Numbered from the stretch's first letter, positions 1 through 10,457 are shown. The stretch is 64,000 bases of DNA from an uncultured Methanosarcinaceae archaeon (GCA_963847185.1 CAWJYV010000001.1:256001-320000); one strand, 5' to 3'. A program made the numbers and translations. The notes: generated from the sequence alone by a model not told the origin.

Positions 1-429
1 CACCTTTCAAGAAATGAACTCAATTAGATATATAAGCTACGAATTTGGCTTTTTATTTTAAGCGGGTGATAATATTAGTGTCAGCTGACTGACTGATAGG
101 GTCGTGATCACTTGTGGGGCAGTTTCTGGGTGCGGGTTACTGACAATAAAAAGAGTCATAGAAACAGGAAATAGGTGGGATTAGCCCACAAACATTTTTT
201 CCGGGTATTGAAACGTAATCACTATAAATAACGTTTAATCTGAGACCCAATTCCAGTATTCTGGAGTCAGGAATGAAAAAATTAAACTAATTAATGTCTG
301 AGCAGCCAGCTTTCTCTAGTTTTTTCTTCTGAAACGCAACCTCTAAAAGTAAAAAACACTTTCTTAATTAAACGAGTTATACAGTTCTCATGATACGAGC
401 GTTGATTCATTTCATCAGGAGGCATTTAA

Positions 430-1545
430 ACGACAAGTAAAAGTAAGGTATATTTTGCAGATCTTAGAGCGAAAAATCCGCAGGAAAGTACAATCAGCAA
501 AATCCAGAAACTCTTTGATGAGGCAGGTTTTGTTGAGCTTTTAGGTGCAGAAGATCTGACTGCAATAAAAATCCATTTTGGAGAATATGGAAACGATGGG
601 TATATCAATCCTGTTTTTGTCCGGCAGGTAGTAGAAAAAATCCGGGCAGCCGGAGCAAAGCCATTCATTACGGATACGAATACCCTGTACTCCGGAAGCA
701 GGTACAATGCAGTTGACCACCTGACAACAGCGATAGAACATGGTTTTGATTTCTCCGTTGTGAGAGCTCCGCTTATTATTTCGGACGGGTTAAAAAGCCA
801 GAATGTTGCAGAAGTTGATATCGGACAGAAACAATTTAAGTCCGTAAAGATAGCCTCAGATATTGCTGCCGCAGATTCAATGATTGTAATGTCTCACTTT
901 AAAGGGCATATTGTTGCTGGCTTTGGGGGAGCTATTAAGAACCTGGCAATGGGTTGTGCCCCTGCTGCTGGCAAGAAGGATCAGCATTTCAGGACAAGTC
1001 CGCATGTTGTTGAAGAAAAATGCATAGCTTGCGGGAGGTGCGTGCAGGTTTGTCCCGTAGGGGCTGCTTCCATTTTAGGGGAGTCCTCGATAATCGAACC
1101 AAATATCTGCATAAGCTGCGGACAATGTATGGAAGCCTGCCCTGTAGCTGCTGTCGATATAGATTGGGAACATGACATTCCTGAGTTTCTGGAATGCCTG
1201 ACAGAATATGCATACGGTGCAGTAAAAGGAAAAGAAGAGAGGGTAGGTTATATCAATTTCCTGATCAAAATCACGCCTGATTGCGATTGCGTACCATGGA
1301 GTGATGCTTCGATTGTACCTGATATCGGAATTCTTGCTTCAAAAGACCCTGTTGCCCTTGACCAGGCAAGTTACGATCTTGTAAACAGGCAGAAAGGACT
1401 TGTCAGCTCCTCTTTGCACTGCAACCATGAGGCAGGTGCCGATAAGTTCAGGGGCATATGGCCCAATGTCGATGGAACTCACCAGCTTAAATACGGGGAA
1501 ATAATAGGTCTGGGAATCCGGAAGTATGAACTTATTGAAATTTGA
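430..1545 (+). CDS. DUF362 domain / 4Fe-4S dicluster protein; frame open from an ACG at 430 (ORF track starts it at 760)
   Basis: The frame is open from 430 (after TAA 427-429): ACG-TSKSKVYFADLRAK...AIKIHFGEYGN...PFITDTNTLY. It has two CxxCxxCxxxCP motifs and C-terminal CDCVPWSD/DIGILASKDPVALD. SD-like AGGAGG at 417-422. Confidence 0.85.
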   Translation, partial: TTSKSKVYFADLRAKNPQESTISKIQKLFDEAGFVELLGAEDLTAIKIHFGEYGNDGYINPVFVRQVVEKIRAAGAKPFITDTNTLYSGSRYNAVDHLTTAIEHGFDFSVVRAPLIISDGLKSQNVAEVDIGQKQFKSVKIASDIAAADSMIVMSHFKGHIVAGFGGAIKNLAMGCAPAAGKKDQHFRTSPHVVEEKCIACGRCVQVCPVGAASILGESSIIEPNICISCGQCMEACPVAAVDIDWEHDIPEFLECLTEYAYGAVKGKEERVGYINFLIKITPDCDCVPWSDASIVPDIGILASKDPVALDQASYDLVNRQKGLVSSSLHCNHEAGADKFRGIWPNVDGTHQLKYGEIIGLGIRKYELIEI

Positions 1546-1873
1546 GTTTAACCTCTTGGACCTAACTTGTTTGATTTAAGCTAATTCTTTTGAATTAGCT
1601 TTCTTTATATTCTGATTTTTATTCAGCTGGTTTTGAATGGAGCAACTTTCCGGAAATTTCTGATTTTTGGTTTCAAGATAGATTTCCGGTGTTTATAAAA
1701 CTCACAAGTTAATTTATGGTACTTTTTCCTTAATTCTCAGCCAATCTTTATAATCCCTTTTTATCACTAATAAAGAAAGCTGTAACTGCCCCTGTTAAGA
1801 GTTTTCCCCCCTTTTATTTTCTTGCCAGCATCATACCCGCGTAATCCTGGAGTTTCTTTGGTTTTAACTGACT

Positions 1874-2036
1874 GGCTATCTAAAATTGCTGCATTCGGCT
1901 CTGATTATACCATATGCAATTCTCAGTTCAGTTCTTAATGCAGTGTTTATACGTTCCCAAAGTCCTTCTAGATGCCAAAGACGGAAGTAGGAATAGACAG
2001 TTTTCCAGTGTGGATTATTTTAATTTTAAGACAGCC
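1874..2036. mobile_element. Degenerate MITE-like element with IS5-like terminal inverted repeats
   Basis: Left end GGCTATCTAAAATT; right end AATTTTAAGACAGCC (revcomp GGCTGTCTTAAAATT). About 160 bp, non-coding. A similar end, AGGCTGTCTTAA, occurs near 3483. Confidence 0.45.
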
Positions 2037-2340
2037 TCTAAGGAAAGTTGAATAAAAATAGTAAGTTAAAAGGAATAAAAGGCTGTAATATTTAAATCAG
2101 TACTCTAAAAAAATTATAGCAGGAAAAAGGGGAAAAATGAAAGAATATAATAGAAAAATAACTTATAAAAGCCAATTTTATTCCTTTTTCTAGCGCTTTC
2201 CAACCAATTTGGAAAAAGTAATATTATTAGTAGATCAGTCATACTATCTAAATAATGTTAGTTCAATGAGATAATTATATATAGTCAGTATTTGTATTTT
2301 ATATCAACGTACAATTAAAAAAAATTAAAATGGGGGAAAA

Positions 2341-2748
2341 ATGAAAATTAGAGTAGTCAGTTCAAGAGAAGAAATCTTTACATTAAACCCAAATGAAAAG
2401 ATTGTTCACCTGGCCTTCAGGCCTTCTAATAAGGATATATTTGGATTGGTCGAAACCTGTCCTAAGGTTGAAGCGGTTCAGTTACCTAAATCTTACATGC
2501 GTACGGTTTCAAAATCCATAGAAATGTTCCTTGAAATGCAGAGGATCAAACTTCTCGAAGGAGATGTCTGGGGTCACAGGAAGGATATAAACGAGTACTA
2601 CGCAATTCCTTCCTCAGTAATTGAAAAAATAAAAGAAATGAAGGTCGAAGGGAAATCCCCGGAAGATATTGAAGCAAAGGTCTCAAGGGAAAGCAAACTT
2701 AACCCTGGAATGGTCGCTTATCTCATGACCAAAGAAATTCCGGCTTGA
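2341..2748 (+). CDS. DUF1699 family protein
   Basis: MKIRVVSSREEIFTLNPNEKIVHLAFRPSNKDIF...GDVWGHRKDINEYY, a characteristic Methanosarcina paralogous family. Confidence 0.9.
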   Translation: MKIRVVSSREEIFTLNPNEKIVHLAFRPSNKDIFGLVETCPKVEAVQLPKSYMRTVSKSIEMFLEMQRIKLLEGDVWGHRKDINEYYAIPSSVIEKIKEMKVEGKSPEDIEAKVSRESKLNPGMVAYLMTKEIPA

Positions 2749-2800
2749 ATTCAAAGAAAAATCTCTCTGAATTCAAAATAAAGATCTAAGATACAAACAT

Positions 2801-2896
2801 CCTCCGAATTTAAGATTAAATACCCTCCGAATTTAAGATTAAACACCCTCCGAGTTTAGTCTTAAATGCCCTCTGAATTTAAATGAAACGTCCTCC
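2801..2896. repeat. Degenerate 23-bp tandem repeat, about 4 copies (CCTCCGAATTTAAGATTAAAYAC)
   Basis: Units start at 2801, 2824, 2847, 2870, with a partial unit at 2892. Confidence 0.85.
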
Positions 2897-2904
2897 AAGA
2901 AATT

Positions 2905-2960
2905 ACTGGAGATTAGATTAAACGAAATGGCGGCTCATGTTTCGTCATCTAATCTCCAGT
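2905..2960 (+). terminator. Long inverted repeat / putative terminator downstream of the DUF1699 gene
   Basis: ACTGGAGATTAGAT ... ATCTAATCTCCAGT (14-bp perfect arms), followed by T-rich sequence. Confidence 0.55.
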
Positions 2961-3595
2961 TTAAATTTTGATTGAAACTCATATGCAACTTGGGATGAGT
3001 TACTCATATGATCTTTTCGTTCCTTTCTTTTATCGTTATTTTGTAATTCAATACAGAGAGCTTGTTTTCCTCTCAATCTGCATACTAAACTTAGTAAATT
3101 TATTATATATGTTTGCAATTTGTAGTTTGTGGCTTTTATGAATACTCCAGGTTGTTAGTTTACATTGTCCGCATCTTTGCGCTTGTTCTAGTTCTTGTTT
3201 TTGGTTTTATCTGGCTTGCAGCTTTATACGCCTCAAAAGGATAAATCATCTGAAATTTTGTTAAGGCAAACTTCAAAGGCTGTTTAATCTTTTAATGCCC
3301 TCCAGTCACTATGGAAATTCTCAAACTTGTTTGTAATTAGTTTTATATGTTTTTTTGCCAGTTTGTGCGCATAATCCTGCAGAGGTAGAAAAAACAGATC
3401 CTTGCAGGAGCCCCACATAAATAACTTTTATACAGATATTTTCCACTCATTCTCTGAATTTTCAGTTAGGAAACTAATGCGTAGGCTGTCTTAACAGACC
3501 AATTTTAACAGAATAATCTTCAGAACTATTGTTTCAAAAACAATTTTAATTCAAATTATATATTTTTTCTGTAAAATATATAGGGATGGTATGGA

Positions 3596-3751
3596 ATGAA
3601 CTGCAACGATTTGAAAGAAGGACAAGTTCTTATTTGTGAGAGATGCGGGCTAGAACTTAAAGTGGTAAGTAAGTGCGAAGATGAACGCTGTACTACAGGC
3701 TGTACTGGAGATATGGACTGCTGCGGAGAACCAATGAAACTGAAGGAGTAA
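3596..3751 (+). CDS. Small desulforedoxin-like Cys-rich protein (51 aa, not in ORF track)
   Basis: MNCNDLKEGQVLICERCGLELKVVSKCEDERCTTGCTGDMDCCGEPMKLKE: CxxC ... CCGxPM signature of desulforedoxin / desulfoferrodoxin N-terminal domains. Confidence 0.8.
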   Translation: MNCNDLKEGQVLICERCGLELKVVSKCEDERCTTGCTGDMDCCGEPMKLKE

Positions 3752-3953
3752 ACAAGCTAAATGACCAGAGCTTGTAAAGGATGAGAATTTGTAGAGAATT
3801 AATCTGAAAAAAATAATTAAAGATAAACCAAAAAGGGTTTTTGAAACATATATCAAGTTTCTGTGAAGCATGCAGAAATTAGAGTTTTTTGAAGCTAGCC
3901 TTAGACTTCCATAATTATTTACTTCAAAGCTGCACAAAGCTTAAAACTTTTTA

Positions 3954-4064
<111 letters not shown>

Positions 4065-4082
4065 CTATCTATTTTCCTCATT

Positions 4083-4121
4083 AGGATCAGGGATAATATT
4101 GAGGATCAGGGATAATATTGA
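4083..4121. repeat. Perfect short tandem duplication (GGATCAGGGATAATATTGA x2)
   Basis: Directly visible 19-bp direct repeat. Confidence 0.85.
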
Positions 4122-4358
4122 TCTCTTGGTATTAGGTCAAAAAAGTATTAACGAGCTGATCTAAAAAACCTTATCTAAATGTATTCTGTCCCAAATAATT
4201 CAGATTTTCTTTATGCAAAAACCTAATACGCAGCTGTTGTATTTTTGATATAAAGAAAAACTTTGAAGGACCTAATTTCTCCAGTTTCACGAAAAGATCA
4301 ATAATAAGGAAAATTAATTCTAATTGCTTTATATATGTTTGATTTATATATGTGCAAT

Positions 4359-4460
4359 TGTGGGGGCGAGTTATAAATTGAATCTGGAAAATGAGTGTTC
4401 CTCCTTGTTTGACCTACTTGAAAAATTTTAGTTTACAGTCCTATGTAACTGACCCCCATA
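4359..4460. mobile_element. Possible ~100-bp MITE-like element
   Basis: Imperfect terminal inverted repeat TGTGGGGGCGAGTTATA ... ATGTAACTGACCCCCATA. Confidence 0.35.
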
Positions 4461-4851
4461 ATCAAAAATTTACATTAAACAGGATTTCTTACTTGGAAAT
4501 TTATTCAGGCGTTTTTTGCCGTAAAATATGAGTTTTAATACAACATTATACATTTCTATATATGCAGGTCATTAAATGTGAGGACTCATTAAGCAGGGGA
4601 TTTCTATGTATCTAAAAGATATTTACCACCGGAACTCTTTGAACATACGTTCAAAATTTATAAGATGGGTGTACTTGCTTGTACATCCTTTGTTAAAGTG
4701 ACTGGTAAATCTTTATATAATAGAACATTTGGTTTTGTAGAAGTTCTCAGTTTAATCCAGGTTATTTTAACAACTTTTTTTATCGATTTTGAATTATTGT
4801 CAGGATTCCAAATTCCTTGGATTCTATAGTCGTAATCTCCTTTTTATACAT

Positions 4852-4982
4852 GAGCTCATCCCAAAACTCAAAATTGATCCTCCTAAGTTCGAATTATGTA
4901 TAATCAATAAAATTCCTGATCTTGAAAATAAGTCCTGAAATCCTTATTGACACGAGGACAAAATTGGTTTTAGGATGAACTC
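4852..4982. mobile_element. MITE family A (~130 bp, IS5-like ends)
   Basis: Ends GAGCTCATCCCAAAAC ... GTTTTAGGATGAACTC. Same length and ends as the copy at 51873-52002. Confidence 0.7.
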
Positions 4983-5482
4983 TATCATTATAATTAGATA
5001 TTCTTCAGTTTCCATGATAACCAATGTTTTTGCTAATTTTTATTCTTCCTTCTCTTTTTGATTTTCTTTTTTGTACTTAAAGCAAGCATAGGGTCAGATT
5101 AAACTACCAGTAAGAAAGTGGGAGTCAGGAGGATATCATACAAAATTCCTACAAGGGGATGTCACAGTTTAAGGGATATTCCTCAATCTTGGATCGGGCT
5201 ACCATCTATCAATCATAATATAATCTCTATAATCTGCTTCTTTTCAAAAAAGATTATTTGCAAAAAAATATTTACTGTCACAAGTTAATATAAACAAATA
5301 CGTACAATGTTGAACGTAGCCCGGATTTGATGAAATCTCCAGTTTATAGTAAACTGACTTTTCTAATTAATCGAGATTAAATTATCTGCACTCAGGTTTG
5401 ATTTTTCTTCTTCTTGAAAAATAATTTGCTTTATATTAATGAGCCATTATAAAATAAAAGTCACAAAGATCAGTGATATCCA

Positions 5483-5638
5483 ATGAACTATATAAGAAAA
5501 ACTTGTCCGATTTGCGGGAAAGAATTTTTAGTTCTGAAAAGCGCGGAAGAAAAGGCAATTTACTGCACCATTAAGTGTTTTTTGGAGTCTCAGGGCCAGA
5601 TGAATGAGGATGGAATTTCTTCTTTACTGCCTGCATAA
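5483..5638 (+). CDS. Small zinc-finger protein (51 aa, CPxCG ... YCxxxC; not in ORF track)
   Basis: MNYIRKTCPICGKEFLVLKSAEEKAIYCTIKCFLESQGQMNEDGISSLLPA; GTGAT SD-like motif upstream. Confidence 0.75.
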   Translation: MNYIRKTCPICGKEFLVLKSAEEKAIYCTIKCFLESQGQMNEDGISSLLPA

Positions 5639-5696
5639 ATCTACTTGTAGCCTGTTACATAGGAACCTTTGATGACGTTAATGTAAACTTTTTAAC

Positions 5697-5822
5697 TTGG
5701 ATTCGGTTAAGGAGCAAAAAGTCAAAAAATGCTATTTTTTATGCAACATCAAGTGAATTCTCTTGGAAAATCACTATACGTGATATTCGAAGTTGTGCAT
5801 AAAATTCGTTAACCGAATCCAA
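5697..5822. mobile_element. MITE-like element (~126 bp) with perfect 14-bp terminal inverted repeats
   Basis: TTGGATTCGGTTAA ... TTAACCGAATCCAA, with an inner inverted pair TTTTATGCAAC/GTTGTGCATAAAA. Related half-sites occur near 5901 and 21982. Confidence 0.65.
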
Positions 5823-6510
5823 ATGAAACTTTTTAGTTCTATACTGTGATTATTTTCGGAACTATGCATCTATTTGGAAATTTGCATACCAGTCAATTTG
5901 TACTCGGTTAAGGTACGCTTTAAAAGAGGTATTTTATACTTCTGGAGTGTAAGGTTATAAATATCCTGCCTTTCAGACCGGTGGCAAAGTGAACCTAGCC
6001 TTTTTTGTGTCCTTTAAACCTTAAATCATCCTTCTTTGAAAATGAATTTTTTTTGGTGCCATAATTGTTAGTTGGGAATGTAACAGTTGATCACTTACTT
6101 AGGGCAGGGGCTGGATACAATCTGATCCCATTACTTTATTTGTTCTAAGCCTATAAAAATTATCGAGATATTGTAACAGTATTCAATTTGACATTAACAA
6201 ATCTCTTAACTGCAAAACACACAAAACTAAAAAACAAAAACTTTATATTCGAACTTTACGTACTTCTTCCCGCAGCATTGTACATTGATGAGCATCACAT
6301 TTCCATGGTATAGAGATAGAATAGAGTTAATATAATATACATTTTAGGGTTCTTCAAGATTCTTAAAAACAGTTTTGAAAATGATTTGAGAATCAGGTTT
6401 TCTTTTCATTTTATATATTCCCTTCCAAATTTTCAAAATTATTCAAAGCTATCCAATTATTCAATTTGTGGAATTTACTAAATATTACCCACGATCCGAG
6501 ATGAGCTTAT

Positions 6511-8469
6511 TTGACTGACAAAAAACTGTTAATGGGTAATGAAGCCATTGCACTTGGAGCCATAGAGGCTGGTGTGCAGGTGGCTACGGGATATCCGGGG
6601 ACACCTTCGACTGAAGCTCTGGAAACGATTATCCGGTATGCAGACAGGTGCGGGATCTATACCGAATGGTCAAGCAACGAAAAGGTTGCACTTGAGACAG
6701 CTGTAGGGGCAGCTTACTCAGGAGCAAAGGCACTTGTGACTATGAAACAGGTGGGGTTGAATGTTGCATCCGACCCCCTGATGAGTTTGAGTTACATCGG
6801 CGTAAAAGGGGCACTTGTCTTACTTGTTGCCGATGATCCGGGGCCTCATTCTTCGCAGACAGAGCAGGATACGAGGGCTTTCGGGCACTTTGCAAATATT
6901 CCTGTCCTTGACCCCGCAACCCCTCAGGAAGCGTATGAACTTACAAAACTGGCTTTTGAACTTTCACATGAATTTGAAATTCCTGTTATTCTAAGAACTA
7001 CCACTCGGGTTTCCCACGGCTGCGGGGATGTTGAAGTCGATGTCGCAGAGCCTGGAGCTGTTAAAGCTTCCTTCGAGGGTTTTGTAAAGGACAGACGCTG
7101 GACGATATTTCCAAGGCTTACTGCAGAGAGGCACCCATGGCTTGAAAATGTACAGGTGCAGCTTTCAGAGCTTTTTTCCGGGCTTTCTTATAATTCGGTT
7201 TCTGGAAGTGGAAAAATAGGGATTATAGCTTCCGGAGTCTCGGCTCTTTATGTAAAGGAAGCTGTAAGAGGTTTTAGCGACTTTGATGAGCTTTTCACAA
7301 TCTTTCAGGTCGGGACAGTGTATCCGTTTCCCGAAAGGGCAGCTCTATCTTTCCTGAAAGGAATTGACAGGGTTATAGTTGTAGAAGAACTGGACGCTTA
7401 CCTTGAAGAACAGATGCTCCAGCTTCTCGGAAAAACTCGCCTGCCTGTTGATGTTTACGGAAAAAAGAACGGTTTCTTCCCTGTAAGCGGGGAATATAAT
7501 GTAGATATTGTTATTGATGGCATTAACAGAGTATTTTCTGAATTCGGAGAGAGTCCTCGCCTTTCCCATGCTTCTCCTGAGGTTTTGAGAGAAGAGCTTC
7601 CTCCTCTGCCGATCAGGGCTCCTACTCTCTGTGCCGGCTGTATGCACAGGACTGTTTTTTATGCATTTAAGCAGGCTGCAAAACAGCTAAAAAAGGATTT
7701 TCAGACATCTCAGGCTGCTCAAGTTGCTCAGACTGATACGATTTTCTCTGGAGATATCGGCTGTTACACGCTTGGAAACGCCCATCCCCTTAATATGGTA
7801 GATACCTGCCTTTGCATGGGGGCAGGAATGAGCATAGCAGGAGGACTTTCCCGCACAAACCCGAAAGCAAAACATGTGGCTTTTATCGGGGATTCAACTT
7901 TTTTTCACTCAGGCATTCCTGCTGTAATAAATGCAGTATATAATAAAGCAGACGTCACCCTTGCAGTCCTTGACAACCGCACAACTGCAATGACAGGGCA
8001 TCAGCCCCATCCAGGAATAGGAATAACTGCTCTCGGAAGCGCTTCAAAAGCCATTGATATTGCAGACTTGGTTAAAAGCTGTGGGGTTGAATTTGTAAAA
8101 ACAGTATCTATTGACAGCCTCGGAAATAGCCAGAAAAATAATCTCGAAAATAGTCTGGAAAAAAATAGCCAGGGAAGTAGCCTGGAAAGCTGTATCGAGG
8201 CCGCAAAAGAAGCCATGCGATTTCAGGGCCCCTCTGTTGTTGTATTCAAAGGAAAATGCGTCGCGATTACAAAATCTGACAAACGTTACATGATAGATCT
8301 TGAAAAATGTACAGGCTGCAGCTTCTGCGTAAAGCAGCTTGGCTGTCCTGCTATTTTCCTTCCTGTGGGAGAAGATAAGCCCTTAATACAGGGAAGCTGC
8401 AGCGGTTGCGGACTCTGTGCGCAGGTATGTCCATCTGGAGCCATCCGAATACAGGAGGTGGGGTTGTGA
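6511..8469 (+). CDS. iorA: Indolepyruvate ferredoxin oxidoreductase alpha subunit
   Basis: LLMGNEAIALGA, GYPGTPSTE, NEKVALE, MKQVGLNVASD, LCAGCMHR, GDIGCY, GDSTFFHSG TPP motif, C-terminal 2x[4Fe-4S]. Confidence 0.95.
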   Translation: MTDKKLLMGNEAIALGAIEAGVQVATGYPGTPSTEALETIIRYADRCGIYTEWSSNEKVALETAVGAAYSGAKALVTMKQVGLNVASDPLMSLSYIGVKGALVLLVADDPGPHSSQTEQDTRAFGHFANIPVLDPATPQEAYELTKLAFELSHEFEIPVILRTTTRVSHGCGDVEVDVAEPGAVKASFEGFVKDRRWTIFPRLTAERHPWLENVQVQLSELFSGLSYNSVSGSGKIGIIASGVSALYVKEAVRGFSDFDELFTIFQVGTVYPFPERAALSFLKGIDRVIVVEELDAYLEEQMLQLLGKTRLPVDVYGKKNGFFPVSGEYNVDIVIDGINRVFSEFGESPRLSHASPEVLREELPPLPIRAPTLCAGCMHRTVFYAFKQAAKQLKKDFQTSQAAQVAQTDTIFSGDIGCYTLGNAHPLNMVDTCLCMGAGMSIAGGLSRTNPKAKHVAFIGDSTFFHSGIPAVINAVYNKADVTLAVLDNRTTAMTGHQPHPGIGITALGSASKAIDIADLVKSCGVEFVKTVSIDSLGNSQKNNLENSLEKNSQGSSLESCIEAAKEAMRFQGPSVVVFKGKCVAITKSDKRYMIDLEKCTGCSFCVKQLGCPAIFLPVGEDKPLIQGSCSGCGLCAQVCPSGAIRIQEVGL

Positions 8470-9050
8470 AATACGATATCCTGATTGCAGGTGTTGGCGG
8501 GCAGGGGGTAGTGCTTGCTTCTCGTGTACTTGCACTTGCTGCAATGAGAGCCGGCTTCCACGTGAGTACTGCCGAAACTATAGGAATGGCTCAAAGAGAA
8601 GGTTCCGTGAGCAGCCATATAAGGATAGGAAACGAAATTTCCGGATCTCTTATTCCTGCGGGGCAGGCTGACTTAATTTTAGGTCTTGAACCTGCTGAAA
8701 CCGTAAGAAATTTGCCTTTCCTCAGAAAAGGCGGAAAAGTAATAATAAATATCCATGCTGTTCCTCCCGCATCAAGACCTCCGGGAAGCCCCGATTATGA
8801 TCCTGTGGCTTTGCTTGCTTTTCTTAATGAACACTGTCCCGAGATTCTCTGTTTTGATTTCACTGAGCTTGCAGAAGAGGAAGGTACATACAGGGCTGCA
8901 AACGTTGCAATGCTTGGAGCGGCTGCAGGCACAGGAATATTGCCTTTTCCGAAAGAAACCCTGCAGGCAGTACTGGATGCCGAAATCCCTGAGAAATACA
9001 GGGCTGTAAACAAGGCTGCATTCGAAAAAGCAATGAAATGTATCAGTTAA
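8466..9050 (+). CDS. iorB: Indolepyruvate ferredoxin oxidoreductase beta subunit
   Basis: GTG at 8466 overlaps the iorA stop; DILIAGVGGQGVVLAS...GMAQREGSVSSHIRIG...NVAMLG. Confidence 0.93.
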   Translation: MKYDILIAGVGGQGVVLASRVLALAAMRAGFHVSTAETIGMAQREGSVSSHIRIGNEISGSLIPAGQADLILGLEPAETVRNLPFLRKGGKVIINIHAVPPASRPPGSPDYDPVALLAFLNEHCPEILCFDFTELAEEEGTYRAANVAMLGAAAGTGILPFPKETLQAVLDAEIPEKYRAVNKAAFEKAMKCIS

Positions 9051-9106
9051 ATTTCCTGATTTTAAATGGGAAATAAGACCTTAGACGGAAAAAAAGGTGA
9101 GATAAA

Positions 9107-10414
9107 ATGTATGAAGCATCCAAGGAGTCTGAGCTCGATCCAGATATCCAGCTATGTCATCCAGAAATTTCGGAAAAAGCTACTCTTGATAAATTGAAGG
9201 CCCTGCTGAAGCGTGTAGTTGGAAACAGCCCTTTTTACCAGAAGAAGTTCAGGGAAGTGAACGTGGATATCGAAAAAATCAACTCTCTTGAAGACTTGAA
9301 GCTTCTTCCTTTCACACATAAAGAGGAACTCAGGGACGCTTATCCTCTGGGATTGAAGGCAGTTTCCGAGACCGAAGTTGTCAGGATTCATTCCTCGTCG
9401 GGAACGACTGGAAAACCTGTGATCATCCCATACACCCGAAAAGACGTAGACATCTGGGCTCTGATGATGATGCGCTGCTATATGCTGGCAGGCCTTACAA
9501 GTCAGGACAGGATTCAGATCACCCCAGGGTATGGGCTCTGGACTGCAGGGATAGGGTTTCAGCTTGGGGCTGAACGTCTGGGAGCAATGGCTATACCAAC
9601 AGGTCCCGGAAATACCGAAAAACAGCTTGAGATGCTTGTTGACCTGAAATCCACTGCCCTTGCAAGTACTTCTTCCTATGCGCTTTTGCTTGCGGAAGAA
9701 ATTCAAAGGCGAGAGCTTAAAGACCAGATACATCTAAAAGTTGGGATTGTAGGCTCGGAACGCTGGAGCGAAAAAATGCGCAGCAGAATCGAGACCGAAC
9801 TCGGAATCGAGACTTTTGATATTTACGGGCTGACCGAAATCTATGGACCTGGAATTGCCCTTGACTGTTCTTTCCATGAAGGAATGCATTACTGGTCTGA
9901 CCACCTGCTCTTTGAGGTCATTGATCCTATTACAGGAGAACAGCTTCCTGAAGGTTCACTCGGAGAACTTGTAATTACTACCCTTACAAAAGAAGGAGCT
10001 CCTCTTATTCGCTACAGAACAAGAGACCTTACAAGAATCATTCCAGGACTCTGTAAGTGCGGCTGTCCTTTCCCTAGAATTGACAGGATCCTGGGAAGGT
10101 CTGATGACCGTATAAAGTTCAAAGCTGTGAATATCTATCCAGGCCAGATTGAAGATATCATCCACAGAGTCCCAGGCGTAAGCAGTGAATACCAGATTCT
10201 CCTTACCCGAAAAGACGGAAGGGAAAGCATGACTTTCAGGGTCGAAATCGAAGATGCAGAAGATCCCACAAAAAAACAAAAGACAGAAAAAGCTCTCGGA
10301 AAAGCCTTCAAAGACTTTATAGGAGTAACAGTGGACGTTGTAGGTGTAAAGATAGGAGAACTTCCCCGCAGCATGAAGAAAACAAAAAGAGTAATTGATG
10401 AAAGAGAGCTTTGA
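9107..10414 (+). CDS. paaK: Phenylacetate--CoA ligase
   Basis: HSSSGTTGKP, YGLTEIYGPG, GELVITTLTKEGAPLIRYRTRD; typical context downstream of iorAB. Confidence 0.92.
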   Translation: MYEASKESELDPDIQLCHPEISEKATLDKLKALLKRVVGNSPFYQKKFREVNVDIEKINSLEDLKLLPFTHKEELRDAYPLGLKAVSETEVVRIHSSSGTTGKPVIIPYTRKDVDIWALMMMRCYMLAGLTSQDRIQITPGYGLWTAGIGFQLGAERLGAMAIPTGPGNTEKQLEMLVDLKSTALASTSSYALLLAEEIQRRELKDQIHLKVGIVGSERWSEKMRSRIETELGIETFDIYGLTEIYGPGIALDCSFHEGMHYWSDHLLFEVIDPITGEQLPEGSLGELVITTLTKEGAPLIRYRTRDLTRIIPGLCKCGCPFPRIDRILGRSDDRIKFKAVNIYPGQIEDIIHRVPGVSSEYQILLTRKDGRESMTFRVEIEDAEDPTKKQKTEKALGKAFKDFIGVTVDVVGVKIGELPRSMKKTKRVIDEREL

Positions 10415-10457
10415 AAACCCTTTTCCCAGTTTTTTATTTTTTCGATTTATTTATTTC

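Noticed and set aside
2801-2896. CRISPR array
   Set aside because: The 23-bp units are contiguous with no unique spacers, they decay progressively, and no cas genes are present.
3650-3937. 95-aa minus-strand ORF
   Set aside because: It is antisense to the better supported desulforedoxin-like small gene and has no recognisable motif.
4600-5280. Possible decayed minus-strand gene interrupted by the family A MITE
   Set aside because: Short open stretches exist, but I could not reconstruct a consistent frame or recognise a family.
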